A stretch of DNA of 64,000 bases from Pseudoflavonifractor sp. (GTDB lineage Bacteria; Bacillota; Clostridia; Oscillospirales; Oscillospiraceae). Below are positions 8,365 to 17,105 of this stretch, piece after piece. The translations under genes and the position numbers were made by a program. Each line of letters starts with the position of its first letter. The first letter of the stretch is position 1. The stretch spans positions 7,771 through 71,770 of the forward strand of contig NZ_JBMNPX010000010.1 of assembly GCF_050943825.1 (NCBI RefSeq), given 5' to 3'. Under the pieces are notes generated by a model that was given only the letters and a program-made list of their open reading frames with translations, was not told where the DNA came from and made no database searches.

Positions 8365-9981
8365 GTGGGAATTTCTGCTTTGCGGCTCAAGGAGCTGTTT
8401 GAGGACAGGCTTTCTCTTCGCCTGAAGGCCGGAGAGGCAGGCATGGGGCGCGTGGTGGAGAAGCTTGCCGTCATGGAGACGGAGGACTTTTATCTGGGAG
8501 CAGAGCCGCGGGGGATGTTTGTGCTGACAACCCTCTCTTTTGTGCAGAAGGACGGGGCCGGGATGGAAGCAGTCATAGGCTTGATACGGGCAGGTGTATC
8601 CGTCCTCGGGGTAAAAATCAACCGGTACTTCAACGAAATCCCCCGTGATATTGTTGACGTGGCAGACCAGTACGGGATTCCGCTGTTTGAAATTGGATCC
8701 GATATACACTTCAGCAATGTCATCCGGCTGATTACCGAGGAAATTGTTATGGAGTCCGCCGGAGGCAAAGACGAGACAGCGAGCAGGCATGCACAGCTTC
8801 TGCGGAAGTATATGAATGATGAGCCATTGGAAGCAATTCTCGGCTCTCTGGGGGAAATGATAGGCGCGTCCTGCTTCTTCATTGATGTCCAGAGCCGTAT
8901 TCTGGCCAGCTATCAATTTCCGCAGCGCGCTTCAAACCGGAACATTTCCCTTCTTGGGAATAAGCTGCTGAAAAAAAGCCTGAACTATGGCAGAAAAAAG
9001 CACTGCTTTTATGACGAAAAGGATGCTGTGTTTCTCTGCCAGGCAGGTGAAACTCTTTTGGGTGTGCTGGTCATTATGGATCAGGGGCAGCTGCCCAGGG
9101 AGTGCGAAGAGGTGGTTTGGCAGGCGCTGTCATATATAGTGGTGCGGGTATGTGAGCAGCGGATCACAGAGCGCCAGAGCGCGATGGATCAAGGCAGCGG
9201 CCTGTTGGATCAGGTGCTTTTTCAGCAGCAGCGGGAGGGCGCGGTCATCCGAAATCACCTGAAAAACGGTGGATTTGAGCTACTGGACCGGTATACGTTC
9301 ATTGTTGTGGCGCGAAGGGAGACTGGCGGCGGTGAGGTAAGCTCCGCACCTATGGAATACTGTGGGGCGCAGCTCAGGAACTGCTTTGAGCGGTGCATTA
9401 TAAAGTGGGATAGTCACGGCATAAAGTGCTTGATCACCTTTCCGAAAGACAGTTCCATGGCCCAAAGCGGAGTGCTGGCAGACCGGATGATCGCATTCAG
9501 GAACCAATATCTCTCGTCGGACGAGCACTTTTTTGACATTGGATTGAGCCTGGTACAGGAGGATCCCTGTGAGATAACAAGGAGCTTTCTTCAGGCCCAG
9601 GCCGCAATTGAGCACGGAAGAATATACAGGCCAGAAAAGCATATTTACGACTATGCGGCATTTTTGGTCCAGGGTCTCCTCCATCAGGCGCAGGGTACCC
9701 AGGAGTACAACTGGCTCTGTCAGAATGTTGTGGAGCCGATCAGCGAGCGGGACCGTCTATATGAGAGCGGACTGTGGGAGACCCTTGATGTGCTTTTCCG
9801 CGTACGCTCCCTGAAGGTGGCCGCCAACGACCTGCATATTCATATCAGTACGCTCAGGTATCGCCTGCAAAAGGTAAAAGACGTTACGGGGCTTGATTTC
9901 CTTACGGCATACGGGAATTATGTGCTCCATACGGCCTATTTAATATGGATGGAGAACAATATCCGATATGGAAGCGAGTGA
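8365..9981 (+). CDS. PucR/CdaR-family transcriptional regulator
   Basis: N-terminal PucR sensor domain (GIPLFEIG..FSNVI) and C-terminal HTH (AANDLHIHISTLRYRLQK). GTG at 8365 with RBS AAGGAG. Confidence 0.9.
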   Translation: MGISALRLKELFEDRLSLRLKAGEAGMGRVVEKLAVMETEDFYLGAEPRGMFVLTTLSFVQKDGAGMEAVIGLIRAGVSVLGVKINRYFNEIPRDIVDVADQYGIPLFEIGSDIHFSNVIRLITEEIVMESAGGKDETASRHAQLLRKYMNDEPLEAILGSLGEMIGASCFFIDVQSRILASYQFPQRASNRNISLLGNKLLKKSLNYGRKKHCFYDEKDAVFLCQAGETLLGVLVIMDQGQLPRECEEVVWQALSYIVVRVCEQRITERQSAMDQGSGLLDQVLFQQQREGAVIRNHLKNGGFELLDRYTFIVVARRETGGGEVSSAPMEYCGAQLRNCFERCIIKWDSHGIKCLITFPKDSSMAQSGVLADRMIAFRNQYLSSDEHFFDIGLSLVQEDPCEITRSFLQAQAAIEHGRIYRPEKHIYDYAAFLVQGLLHQAQGTQEYNWLCQNVVEPISERDRLYESGLWETLDVLFRVRSLKVAANDLHIHISTLRYRLQKVKDVTGLDFLTAYGNYVLHTAYLIWMENNIRYGSE

Positions 9982-10006
9982 CCCGCAACTGCCATGGAGG
10001 AGTTTT

Positions 10007-11350
10007 ATGGTAGGCAATCAGAGAGAACTGAAGGACTACAAAGTATGGACAAAAGCAAAATTTTGGCTGTTCAGCTGCATAGGTATTCTAATCTTTGTTG
10101 TTCCGATTTCCATTGACGGCGTAAGCCAGATTGGCCTTGTCCACATTGGCAACCGGATTACGGCATTGCTGGGTTCCGCCGCAGACTATATTATCTATGC
10201 ATTTGCTGTATGGGGCGTAATTTTAATCTTCAAAGAACGCAAAAAGAGGTTTAAAGGGTTTTTCAATATCCTGATGAGCGCACTCTCTCTGCTGGGCATT
10301 GTGTGCATGACTCTGTATATCTTTGGAGCCGCCCCGGACTTCCTTGCGGACGAGCGGTTTATGCCATTCATTATGGACCAGGTACTCTATCCCACCCTGC
10401 TTTATACCGGGATTTCACCCTTGTTTATGCCGTTTTTGCTTAACTCCGGCCTGCTGGAATTTGTAGGTGTTGCGCTTCGCCCCCTGCTCCGTCCGGTCTT
10501 CAAGCTGCCGGGCAGAGCGGCGGTTATCACAGTTTCCGCCTTTTTCGGCTCTGCACCGGTCGGAATCGTGGTGGTGGACAACCTCTATAAAGACGGACGC
10601 TTTACCTATAAGGAGGCGTTTCTGATGGGAACCGGATTTGCCACCACAGCCATCTCCTTTATGGTAATTCTCAGCGATCTGGGCGGAATCTCGGACTACT
10701 GGGGACTGTATCTCTTTGCGTGCCTTCTGGGTCTGGCCGTAATTGCAATTCTGCAGGTGCGCATTTATCCCACCAGTAAAATACCTGAGAGCACCTACAA
10801 CGGTATGGAATATGTACAGGAGACGGAGGGGAAGAAGGGCGGAATACTCATCAAGAGAATGCTGTTGGCGGGATATGAACGGGCGGAATCTATGGAGCAT
10901 TTGGGGAAAGAGTGCCTTGGAATGCTGAAGACCTCCGGCAAGCTGCTGGGCAATATTATGGCCAGCACCTGCGGCATGGTAGTGGTGGGACTGGTGCTGA
11001 ATTACTACACTCCGCTGCTGGACATTCTGGGGTATTTGTTTTATCCATTTGCCCTCCTGGCTGGGCTGGCAGACCCTCTGACAGTGGGGAAAGGAGCCGC
11101 CTCGGCGCTTCTCGTGCCCTCTCTTCCGGCGGTATATGCAGGAACAGCAGGAGCTCTGGCCTCCAAGGTGGTTCTGTGCGCAATGCCGGTTCTGGGCATT
11201 ATCAGCATTCCGCTGACCATGCCGGTATTTTTCAACTCTGCGGTGAAATATACCGCAAAAGACCTGTTTATTGTCTACGTGGAGCGCATGATTCTTACCA
11301 TTTTGATTGTTGCGGTCATTGTCCACGGATATGTATGGCTCTTTATGTGA
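10007..11350 (+). CDS. YjiH-family (gate-domain) membrane transporter
   Basis: Multi-TM protein with LLEFVG..LRPLLRPVFKLPGRAA and F GSAPVG motifs. ATG at 10007 with RBS GGAGG. Confidence 0.8.
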   Translation: MVGNQRELKDYKVWTKAKFWLFSCIGILIFVVPISIDGVSQIGLVHIGNRITALLGSAADYIIYAFAVWGVILIFKERKKRFKGFFNILMSALSLLGIVCMTLYIFGAAPDFLADERFMPFIMDQVLYPTLLYTGISPLFMPFLLNSGLLEFVGVALRPLLRPVFKLPGRAAVITVSAFFGSAPVGIVVVDNLYKDGRFTYKEAFLMGTGFATTAISFMVILSDLGGISDYWGLYLFACLLGLAVIAILQVRIYPTSKIPESTYNGMEYVQETEGKKGGILIKRMLLAGYERAESMEHLGKECLGMLKTSGKLLGNIMASTCGMVVVGLVLNYYTPLLDILGYLFYPFALLAGLADPLTVGKGAASALLVPSLPAVYAGTAGALASKVVLCAMPVLGIISIPLTMPVFFNSAVKYTAKDLFIVYVERMILTILIVAVIVHGYVWLFM

Positions 11351-11364
11351 GAGGCGGTGGCAAG

Positions 11365-12576
11365 ATGAAAGACATTTTACCGGACGTCCCCAGAGGGGCG
11401 CTGGAGGGGCTTAATGTTTTGGATTTGGGGCGCATGGTGGCCGCCCCTTACTGTGCCATGATGCTTGCCAATCTGGGCGCCCATGTTATTAAAATTGAGG
11501 AGCCCGGAGGAGGAGATATTTCCCGGGAAAGCATGCCCAAAAAGGACGGAGAGAGCACATACTATATCAATTATAACTGCAGTAAGTATAGCCTGACGCT
11601 AAACCTGAAGCATGAAGAGGGAAAGCGTATTCTTGCAAAGCTGATAGAAAAAGCTGACGTCCTGGTAGAAAATTTTCGGCCCGGCGTAATGAAGCGGCTG
11701 GGTTTTTCTTATGAAGCGGCTGCAAAAATAAATCCAGGTCTCATTTACGTCTCCATATCCGGCTATGGACAGTCCGGACAACTGGCGGATCGGGCTGCCT
11801 TTGATCCGATTGCTCAGGCCATGAGCGGAATAACCAGCATTACCGGAGAGCCCGATGGGGAGCCCGTCAGGTGCGGCGCATCTATTGCAGACGTGCTTGC
11901 TGGACAGAACGCAGCTTTTGCCGTTCTCGCAGCACTGAGATACCGGGAGCAATGCGGAAAAGGTCAATGGATTGACATCGCGCTGGCGGATTCGTGCATT
12001 TCCGCTATGACCGGTATAAATCAGATCTATCTGACCGAAGGGCGGATTCCCGGACCTTTGGGCAACGGTTTTGCGGCCAACGCGCCAGGAAACGCATACC
12101 ACTGCAAAGATGGGAAGATTATGCTGCTGGCAGGACGAAACAGCGAGTGGGAACGGCTGGCCAAGGTGCTGGGCTGTCCTCAGTGGCTGGAGCGGGAGGA
12201 ATTTTCCGATGTGGCCGCCAGAACCAGAAACAGAGACTTGCTTGACCGCACCATCGACCAGGAGACGCGAAAGTATACTGTGGAGGAACTGCTGTCTAAG
12301 TTCCTTGACGCGAGGCTGCCTGCAGGAGAGATCTATAATGTAAAGCAGGTGGTAGAGCACCCTCACTTCAACAAGGAACGAAATATGTTTGTGGACGTGG
12401 AACATCCCAGGCTGGGCAGCCTGAAGGTCACCAATCTGCCCATACATATGTCGGAGACCCCACCTAAAATGTACAAGTGTGCGCCCTGTTTGGGAGAGGA
12501 CACCGATAAAATTTTAGCTCAGTTGGGCTATGATACGGAGGAAATCTCCACATTGCGCAGAGACCATGTGATTTAA
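11365..12576 (+). CDS. Family III (CaiB/BaiF) CoA-transferase 2
   Basis: VLDLGRMVAAP, ENFRPG, SGYGQSG, IADVLAG. ATG at 11365; the ORF-track upstream extension overlaps the previous gene. Confidence 0.93.
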   Translation: MKDILPDVPRGALEGLNVLDLGRMVAAPYCAMMLANLGAHVIKIEEPGGGDISRESMPKKDGESTYYINYNCSKYSLTLNLKHEEGKRILAKLIEKADVLVENFRPGVMKRLGFSYEAAAKINPGLIYVSISGYGQSGQLADRAAFDPIAQAMSGITSITGEPDGEPVRCGASIADVLAGQNAAFAVLAALRYREQCGKGQWIDIALADSCISAMTGINQIYLTEGRIPGPLGNGFAANAPGNAYHCKDGKIMLLAGRNSEWERLAKVLGCPQWLEREEFSDVAARTRNRDLLDRTIDQETRKYTVEELLSKFLDARLPAGEIYNVKQVVEHPHFNKERNMFVDVEHPRLGSLKVTNLPIHMSETPPKMYKCAPCLGEDTDKILAQLGYDTEEISTLRRDHVI

Positions 12577-12706
12577 AGATGTATGTCTCCCCGAGTATGG
12601 GGTAATAGGGGGGCATTAAAACCGTTTTCATATCCCCTGTCCTGCATCTTAGCGATATCGGAGGGGGAAAACCGTATATATCATCTTGTCCGGTACGAAG
12701 ATAGAC

Positions 12707-12740
12707 AAGGAGCTGCCTCTTGTGGGAGGCAGCTCCTTTC
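12707..12740. terminator. Terminator hairpin between convergent genes
   Basis: aaggagctgcctc / gaggcagctcctt 13-bp stem. Confidence 0.7.
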
Positions 12741-12745
12741 TTTCG

Positions 12746-14365
12746 TTATCCAGCGTATCGAATTGCGATATCCATGGTCTCGGTAAGGCCGGCTTCCAAA
12801 CTGGTGATATATACCGTAACAACAGTATTCTCAGCAGCGGAGTTCATAACATAGAAACCCAGCGTGAGGTAGTCACCGACTGCAAGGTAACGAGTGTCCG
12901 TTTCCGATGTAGAAATCAAGTAATACTTCGTGATGCATTCCGGCTTTACATACCCTTGGGCAGTGATATCGCTTTTGGCGATGTTTGCATCGGCATCAGG
13001 ATAGACGTAGATGTTGCCGATAACGTCAAGGCCATTGCTCGTATAGTGGGCAGAATCCTTGCTGGTGAATTTGGTGCCTTTGTCGGTATACCAAACCTGT
13101 GCCAGGCGGTAATACTCCGGGCTGGGAGACACGTAGTAGACTGGCTCGTTGTCGGTATCCAGACGGAAATTAGCGGTTTCGCCTTCGGCAGGGCGCCGCT
13201 CAAAGACCCTGATCTGCACGGAAAAAATCATTTCGCTATCAGCATCGGTGCTGTTGTCATAGACCACAGCAGCACCGCCGGATTTCTTGGCGGTGATGTT
13301 GGCACGGTGATCATCGATATTAGTGACAGCCGCAATATCGCTCTGGAAAGATTTCCACTTTCCAATTTTAACAAAGCCGCAGTCCTCAGAGTTCAGCGAA
13401 AATGTATCACCGGGGAACAAATTGATTTCCAGAGTGGTGCTGCGCACAGTCATCTTGGGGTTGAATGTGGTGGTCATCACACCGATGATACCGTTGCCCA
13501 GGTCCACATAGACCTGCTGCTCTACCACGTCATCCCCGACAGCCATCTCCGTGCCGGCCGGAATTAACCCTTTGGAACTTTTGCCCGGGCGGACCTGAGT
13601 ATCATTGACGCCGGGAGCAATCGTTTCGAACGCCTCCTTGACGGAAATGGGTTCATCCTTCACGACAATGCCGCCGGGGAGGGTAAGCTCCGTTCCACTC
13701 TGGCCGCTGGAGGAGCTGTCAGAAGAATCGCCTCCGTTCAGCTTCTGGTCCATGCGCATAAAAACAGTTGCCGCCTCTGCTCGGGTCAGCTCCTTGTTGG
13801 GATTAAAATTGCCTGCAGAGTCGCCCGCCATCAGGCCAATGGCCTGCATATACTTGACGCCTTCCAGCGCCCAGGAAGGGATTGCCGCAATATCATTGAA
13901 TGCCGCAGAATTCCCATCCTCTTCGAGGTCTGCGTTGATGCTGTGGAGGTAATTGGAGAGGATAACCGCGATTTGAGCACGAGTCACAACAGAATTGGGG
14001 CTGAAGGTATTCGCGCCGGTGCCGGAAACATACCCCTGCTCATAGGCCCAGTCAATGGCGTCCGCATACCAGTCAGAGGGCTGCACATCGCTGAAGCTGG
14101 CGTCCTTGGCCGAGGATACGTCCGCCTTCGCCACGTTGCTTAAAACCACCACAATCATGCCGCGGGTCATAGGCGTTGAGGGCGAGAAGGTGCCGGCCCC
14201 GGTGCCCGAAAACATTCCGTGGCTCACGGCGTAGTCCACGGCCTGGGAGTACCAGGCGTCATCGGGCACGTCGGTAAATGCTGCGGCGTGAGCGGCTGTA
14301 CTGGCTGCGGCAATATTGACCGTCATGGCTCCCGCCAGCAAAAGACTGGCAATCTTTCTTTTCAT
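12746..14365 (-). CDS. Secreted SLH-domain surface protein
   Basis: Signal peptide MKRKIASLLLAG, three N-terminal SLH repeats (FTDV...WY; MTRGM; VTRAQ; LTRAE), Ser/Gly linker and an unknown C-terminal region. Confidence 0.9.
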   Translation of the reverse strand: MKRKIASLLLAGAMTVNIAAASTAAHAAAFTDVPDDAWYSQAVDYAVSHGMFSGTGAGTFSPSTPMTRGMIVVVLSNVAKADVSSAKDASFSDVQPSDWYADAIDWAYEQGYVSGTGANTFSPNSVVTRAQIAVILSNYLHSINADLEEDGNSAAFNDIAAIPSWALEGVKYMQAIGLMAGDSAGNFNPNKELTRAEAATVFMRMDQKLNGGDSSDSSSSGQSGTELTLPGGIVVKDEPISVKEAFETIAPGVNDTQVRPGKSSKGLIPAGTEMAVGDDVVEQQVYVDLGNGIIGVMTTTFNPKMTVRSTTLEINLFPGDTFSLNSEDCGFVKIGKWKSFQSDIAAVTNIDDHRANITAKKSGGAAVVYDNSTDADSEMIFSVQIRVFERRPAEGETANFRLDTDNEPVYYVSPSPEYYRLAQVWYTDKGTKFTSKDSAHYTSNGLDVIGNIYVYPDADANIAKSDITAQGYVKPECITKYYLISTSETDTRYLAVGDYLTLGFYVMNSAAENTVVTVYITSLEAGLTETMDIAIRYAG

Positions 14366-14658
14366 GAATCCTCTCTCCTTACTTGAAAATGTTTTTGAGG
14401 GCCCGCCCTCGGGATAACGCAGCAACAATATACGGAAGGTTACAAGCTGCAGAAACGTTTTCCCTTGCTGAACATATATCTTACCACACTGGGGATTTGT
14501 ATGTAAATGCCTTTCAGAGAGCAGCTTTTTGCTGCAGCAGCCCTCTGAGTCTGTATTGCAGCAATTTTACATGTTTGATATACTGTAAGTGCAAAAAACA
14601 AGAGATTTGATGCCATCTGTTGACGCTGGATACCAATAGAGTGACGGGGGGTTATACG

Positions 14659-16635
14659 ATGAAACGCTGTATCGCCTGCTTTCTGTGTCTGCTGCTCTGC
14701 ATCGCGGCCTTGCCTGTAACGGCAGCGGGGGCGTCCGCGCCGTCCGCCTGGGCGGAAGCTGAGGTAAAGGAGGCCATATCCATCGGCTTTGTGCCGGAGG
14801 AGCTCCAGTCGAACTACCAGCAGGACATCACCCGGGAGGAGTTTGCCCAGCTGGCTGTCCGGCTGTGTATGGCACAGCTTCGCTATGTGGGGAGCCCGGA
14901 GCAGTTTCTGGAGGACTACCGGCGCTACTATCGGGATAAGGAGGGAAATCCGGCCGGTGCTGTCCCGACAGAGTTCTCCGACGCCGCGCCCTGGGGGACC
15001 GCGGCCTCTGCCCTGGGGATTGTCCAGGGGCGGGGAGACGGCACCTTTGACCCGGATGGGCTCATCACCCGTCAGGAGGCGGCGGCCATGGTGGCACGCA
15101 CCTACCTGGCCTATTCCGGTCAGACCGCTCTGACGGAACCCGGCAGCGGTCCGGCCTATGGGGATGCAGATCAGTTCCCCGACTGGGCGGCGGAAGCCAT
15201 CGGCTGGCTGAGGTATCAGGCCGTCATGGAAGGGGACAACTACGGAAATTTCCTGCCCCAGAGCCATCTGACCCGGGAACAGGCCATCCTCATCTTCCTG
15301 CGGCTGGCAAGGGAGGTGTACACCCGGGAAATCGGGCTGGTGCCCTATGAAGAGGAGCTGGAGCGCATCCTGTTTCCGGCAGAGGGCGATTTCAGCCTGA
15401 CGAAGATGGTGGAGAGCGAAAGTGCCGCGGCTATACAGGGGATAGAGGCGGACGGCACAGCCGTGCTCTGGGTGGTGTACCGGACCGGCGGACGGACCGA
15501 GCTGTACGGCAGGCTGGAGAAAGAAATTCCGGGTATCACCGCGGTGGATATCCTGTCTCTGGATGACCAGGGCCTTGCGCTGGGCGCAGCTGGGGAGCTG
15601 GGGATGTATGTCCGCTGGTTTTCCCTGTGGGGCAGCATCTACACCTCCATGACGCAGGTCCTGAACCCGCAGCCTGCTCTGGACGGCATGGCCGTCACGG
15701 GCTTTGACGGGACCTATGTGTTTGCGTCGGAGGCGGACGGCATGGCCGTCTATGACCTGACGGGGCGGCGGATCTTCTCCGCTCCGCCGGGGACGGTGAC
15801 CTGGCAGAAGGAGGGCGGCGTGTTCCGCCACGAGGGCGCCGGCGGCGTCATGTACTATACGGCGGAGGGGCAGCCCTTCCGCCAGACGCCCTGGGCCGCA
15901 GGAACCGATTTCTGTATCGGTCAGGCCGCCGTACAGGAGGAGGCGGGCGGCCCCATCACGGTGCTCAACACCCTCGGTGAGACCCTCAATACCCTGGACA
16001 GCTTTGGCGGTACCATCGCGGACTGTTCCATGGGGTGTGGCTGGCTGCTGTTGGCCAAGGACGGCCGCCATTACCTCCTCAGCATAGGTGACGGCAGCCT
16101 GTTCGGCGGGGAATACCTGGATGTGGGGCCCTTTGTGGGCACCCATGCGGCGGTGCGCACCAAGGATGGCTGGGGATTTATCGACCAGTTCTTCCAGAAT
16201 ACCATCTCGTGCCAGTATCAGGCGGTGTATCCGTTCAACCATATTCAGGCAGTGGTGCAGCAGTCCGACGGGACCTTTACCACGGTGGATGCCCACGGGA
16301 AGGGCGGCACCATAGGCTCCGGCTGGACGGCGCTTACACCGCTTACCATCCAGGGGTATGCCCTGGGTGTCCGGACAGGAGAGGACGGGACGGCCCAGAC
16401 CATGCTGATATCCTTGGTGGCTCCACCGGCGCCTCTGCCGGGGGAGCGGTCGGAATACGCACTGTACGGCGCCACAGCGGTGCGCACAGCGGGCGGAGAA
16501 GTCAGCCTCTTCGGCAAGGGCGGCGCCCAGGTGTTTCCGGAGCTGGACCTGGAAGGGGCATGGGGTACGGCGGACAGCGCCGCGGTGCTGCTGAAGACAG
16601 ACGGGCGGTATTACCTCTACAACCCGCCCAGATAA
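14659..16635 (+). CDS. Secreted SLH-domain protein with WG-repeat-like C-terminal region
   Basis: Signal peptide MKRCIACFLCLLL, SLH motifs (ITREEFA, ITRQEAA, LTREQA) and repeats such as DGWGFID / DGRHYLL / DGRYYLY. Confidence 0.85.
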   Translation: MKRCIACFLCLLLCIAALPVTAAGASAPSAWAEAEVKEAISIGFVPEELQSNYQQDITREEFAQLAVRLCMAQLRYVGSPEQFLEDYRRYYRDKEGNPAGAVPTEFSDAAPWGTAASALGIVQGRGDGTFDPDGLITRQEAAAMVARTYLAYSGQTALTEPGSGPAYGDADQFPDWAAEAIGWLRYQAVMEGDNYGNFLPQSHLTREQAILIFLRLAREVYTREIGLVPYEEELERILFPAEGDFSLTKMVESESAAAIQGIEADGTAVLWVVYRTGGRTELYGRLEKEIPGITAVDILSLDDQGLALGAAGELGMYVRWFSLWGSIYTSMTQVLNPQPALDGMAVTGFDGTYVFASEADGMAVYDLTGRRIFSAPPGTVTWQKEGGVFRHEGAGGVMYYTAEGQPFRQTPWAAGTDFCIGQAAVQEEAGGPITVLNTLGETLNTLDSFGGTIADCSMGCGWLLLAKDGRHYLLSIGDGSLFGGEYLDVGPFVGTHAAVRTKDGWGFIDQFFQNTISCQYQAVYPFNHIQAVVQQSDGTFTTVDAHGKGGTIGSGWTALTPLTIQGYALGVRTGEDGTAQTMLISLVAPPAPLPGERSEYALYGATAVRTAGGEVSLFGKGGAQVFPELDLEGAWGTADSAAVLLKTDGRYYLYNPPR

Positions 16636-16640
16636 CAGAA

Positions 16641-16681
16641 AAACGGGCTGGATTCCGGAGTATCCGGAATCCAGCCCGTTT
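16641..16681. terminator. Bidirectional terminator
   Basis: 19-bp perfect inverted repeat aaacgggctggattccgga / tccggaatccagcccgttt. Confidence 0.8.
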
Positions 16682-16687
16682 GCTGTT

Positions 16688-17029
16688 TCAGCCGAGGCTC
16701 ACTTCCAGCCTGACTGCGGCCGAATCCGCCGCGCCGTTGTGAGTGAGGAACAGGCCGTAGGTGTGGGCGGGGTCCACATAGAACCGCTGGTGGGACAGCG
16801 TTTCAAGGGGCAGACAGGCGGCAATCTGCCGGGTGTCCCAGTCGTATACAATAAGGTTGGCACTCCCCTCGGGCAGCTCCTGGGCGTCCAGCAGGATGAC
16901 GTCCACGAGACCGCAGGAATCATACCCAAAGCGCATCTCAGGCACGGCGCAGCGGGCCTGGGTCATGGGCGACCCATGCCTGGGGACGCCGTTCGTAGCT
17001 GACCGTGAGCTTGTCGTGGGCCTCTTCAT
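16688..17029 (-). pseudogene. Possible frameshifted remnant or small hypothetical protein
   Basis: The C-terminal ~80 codons have host-like codon usage but there is no good RBS. It lies between the upstream SLH gene stop and the terminator. Confidence 0.35.
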
Positions 17030-17105
17030 CCCGAAGAAGGTCCGCTGGCTGGTCGGCGCCGTAATACGGACTGCCCGGGATGCACATGAATACGTCGGTC
17101 TCAGC

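Noticed and set aside
14620-14631. ttgacgctggat shared with 42264-42275
   Set aside because: A short match anchored on a -35-like hexamer. The genes are unrelated and chance is sufficient.
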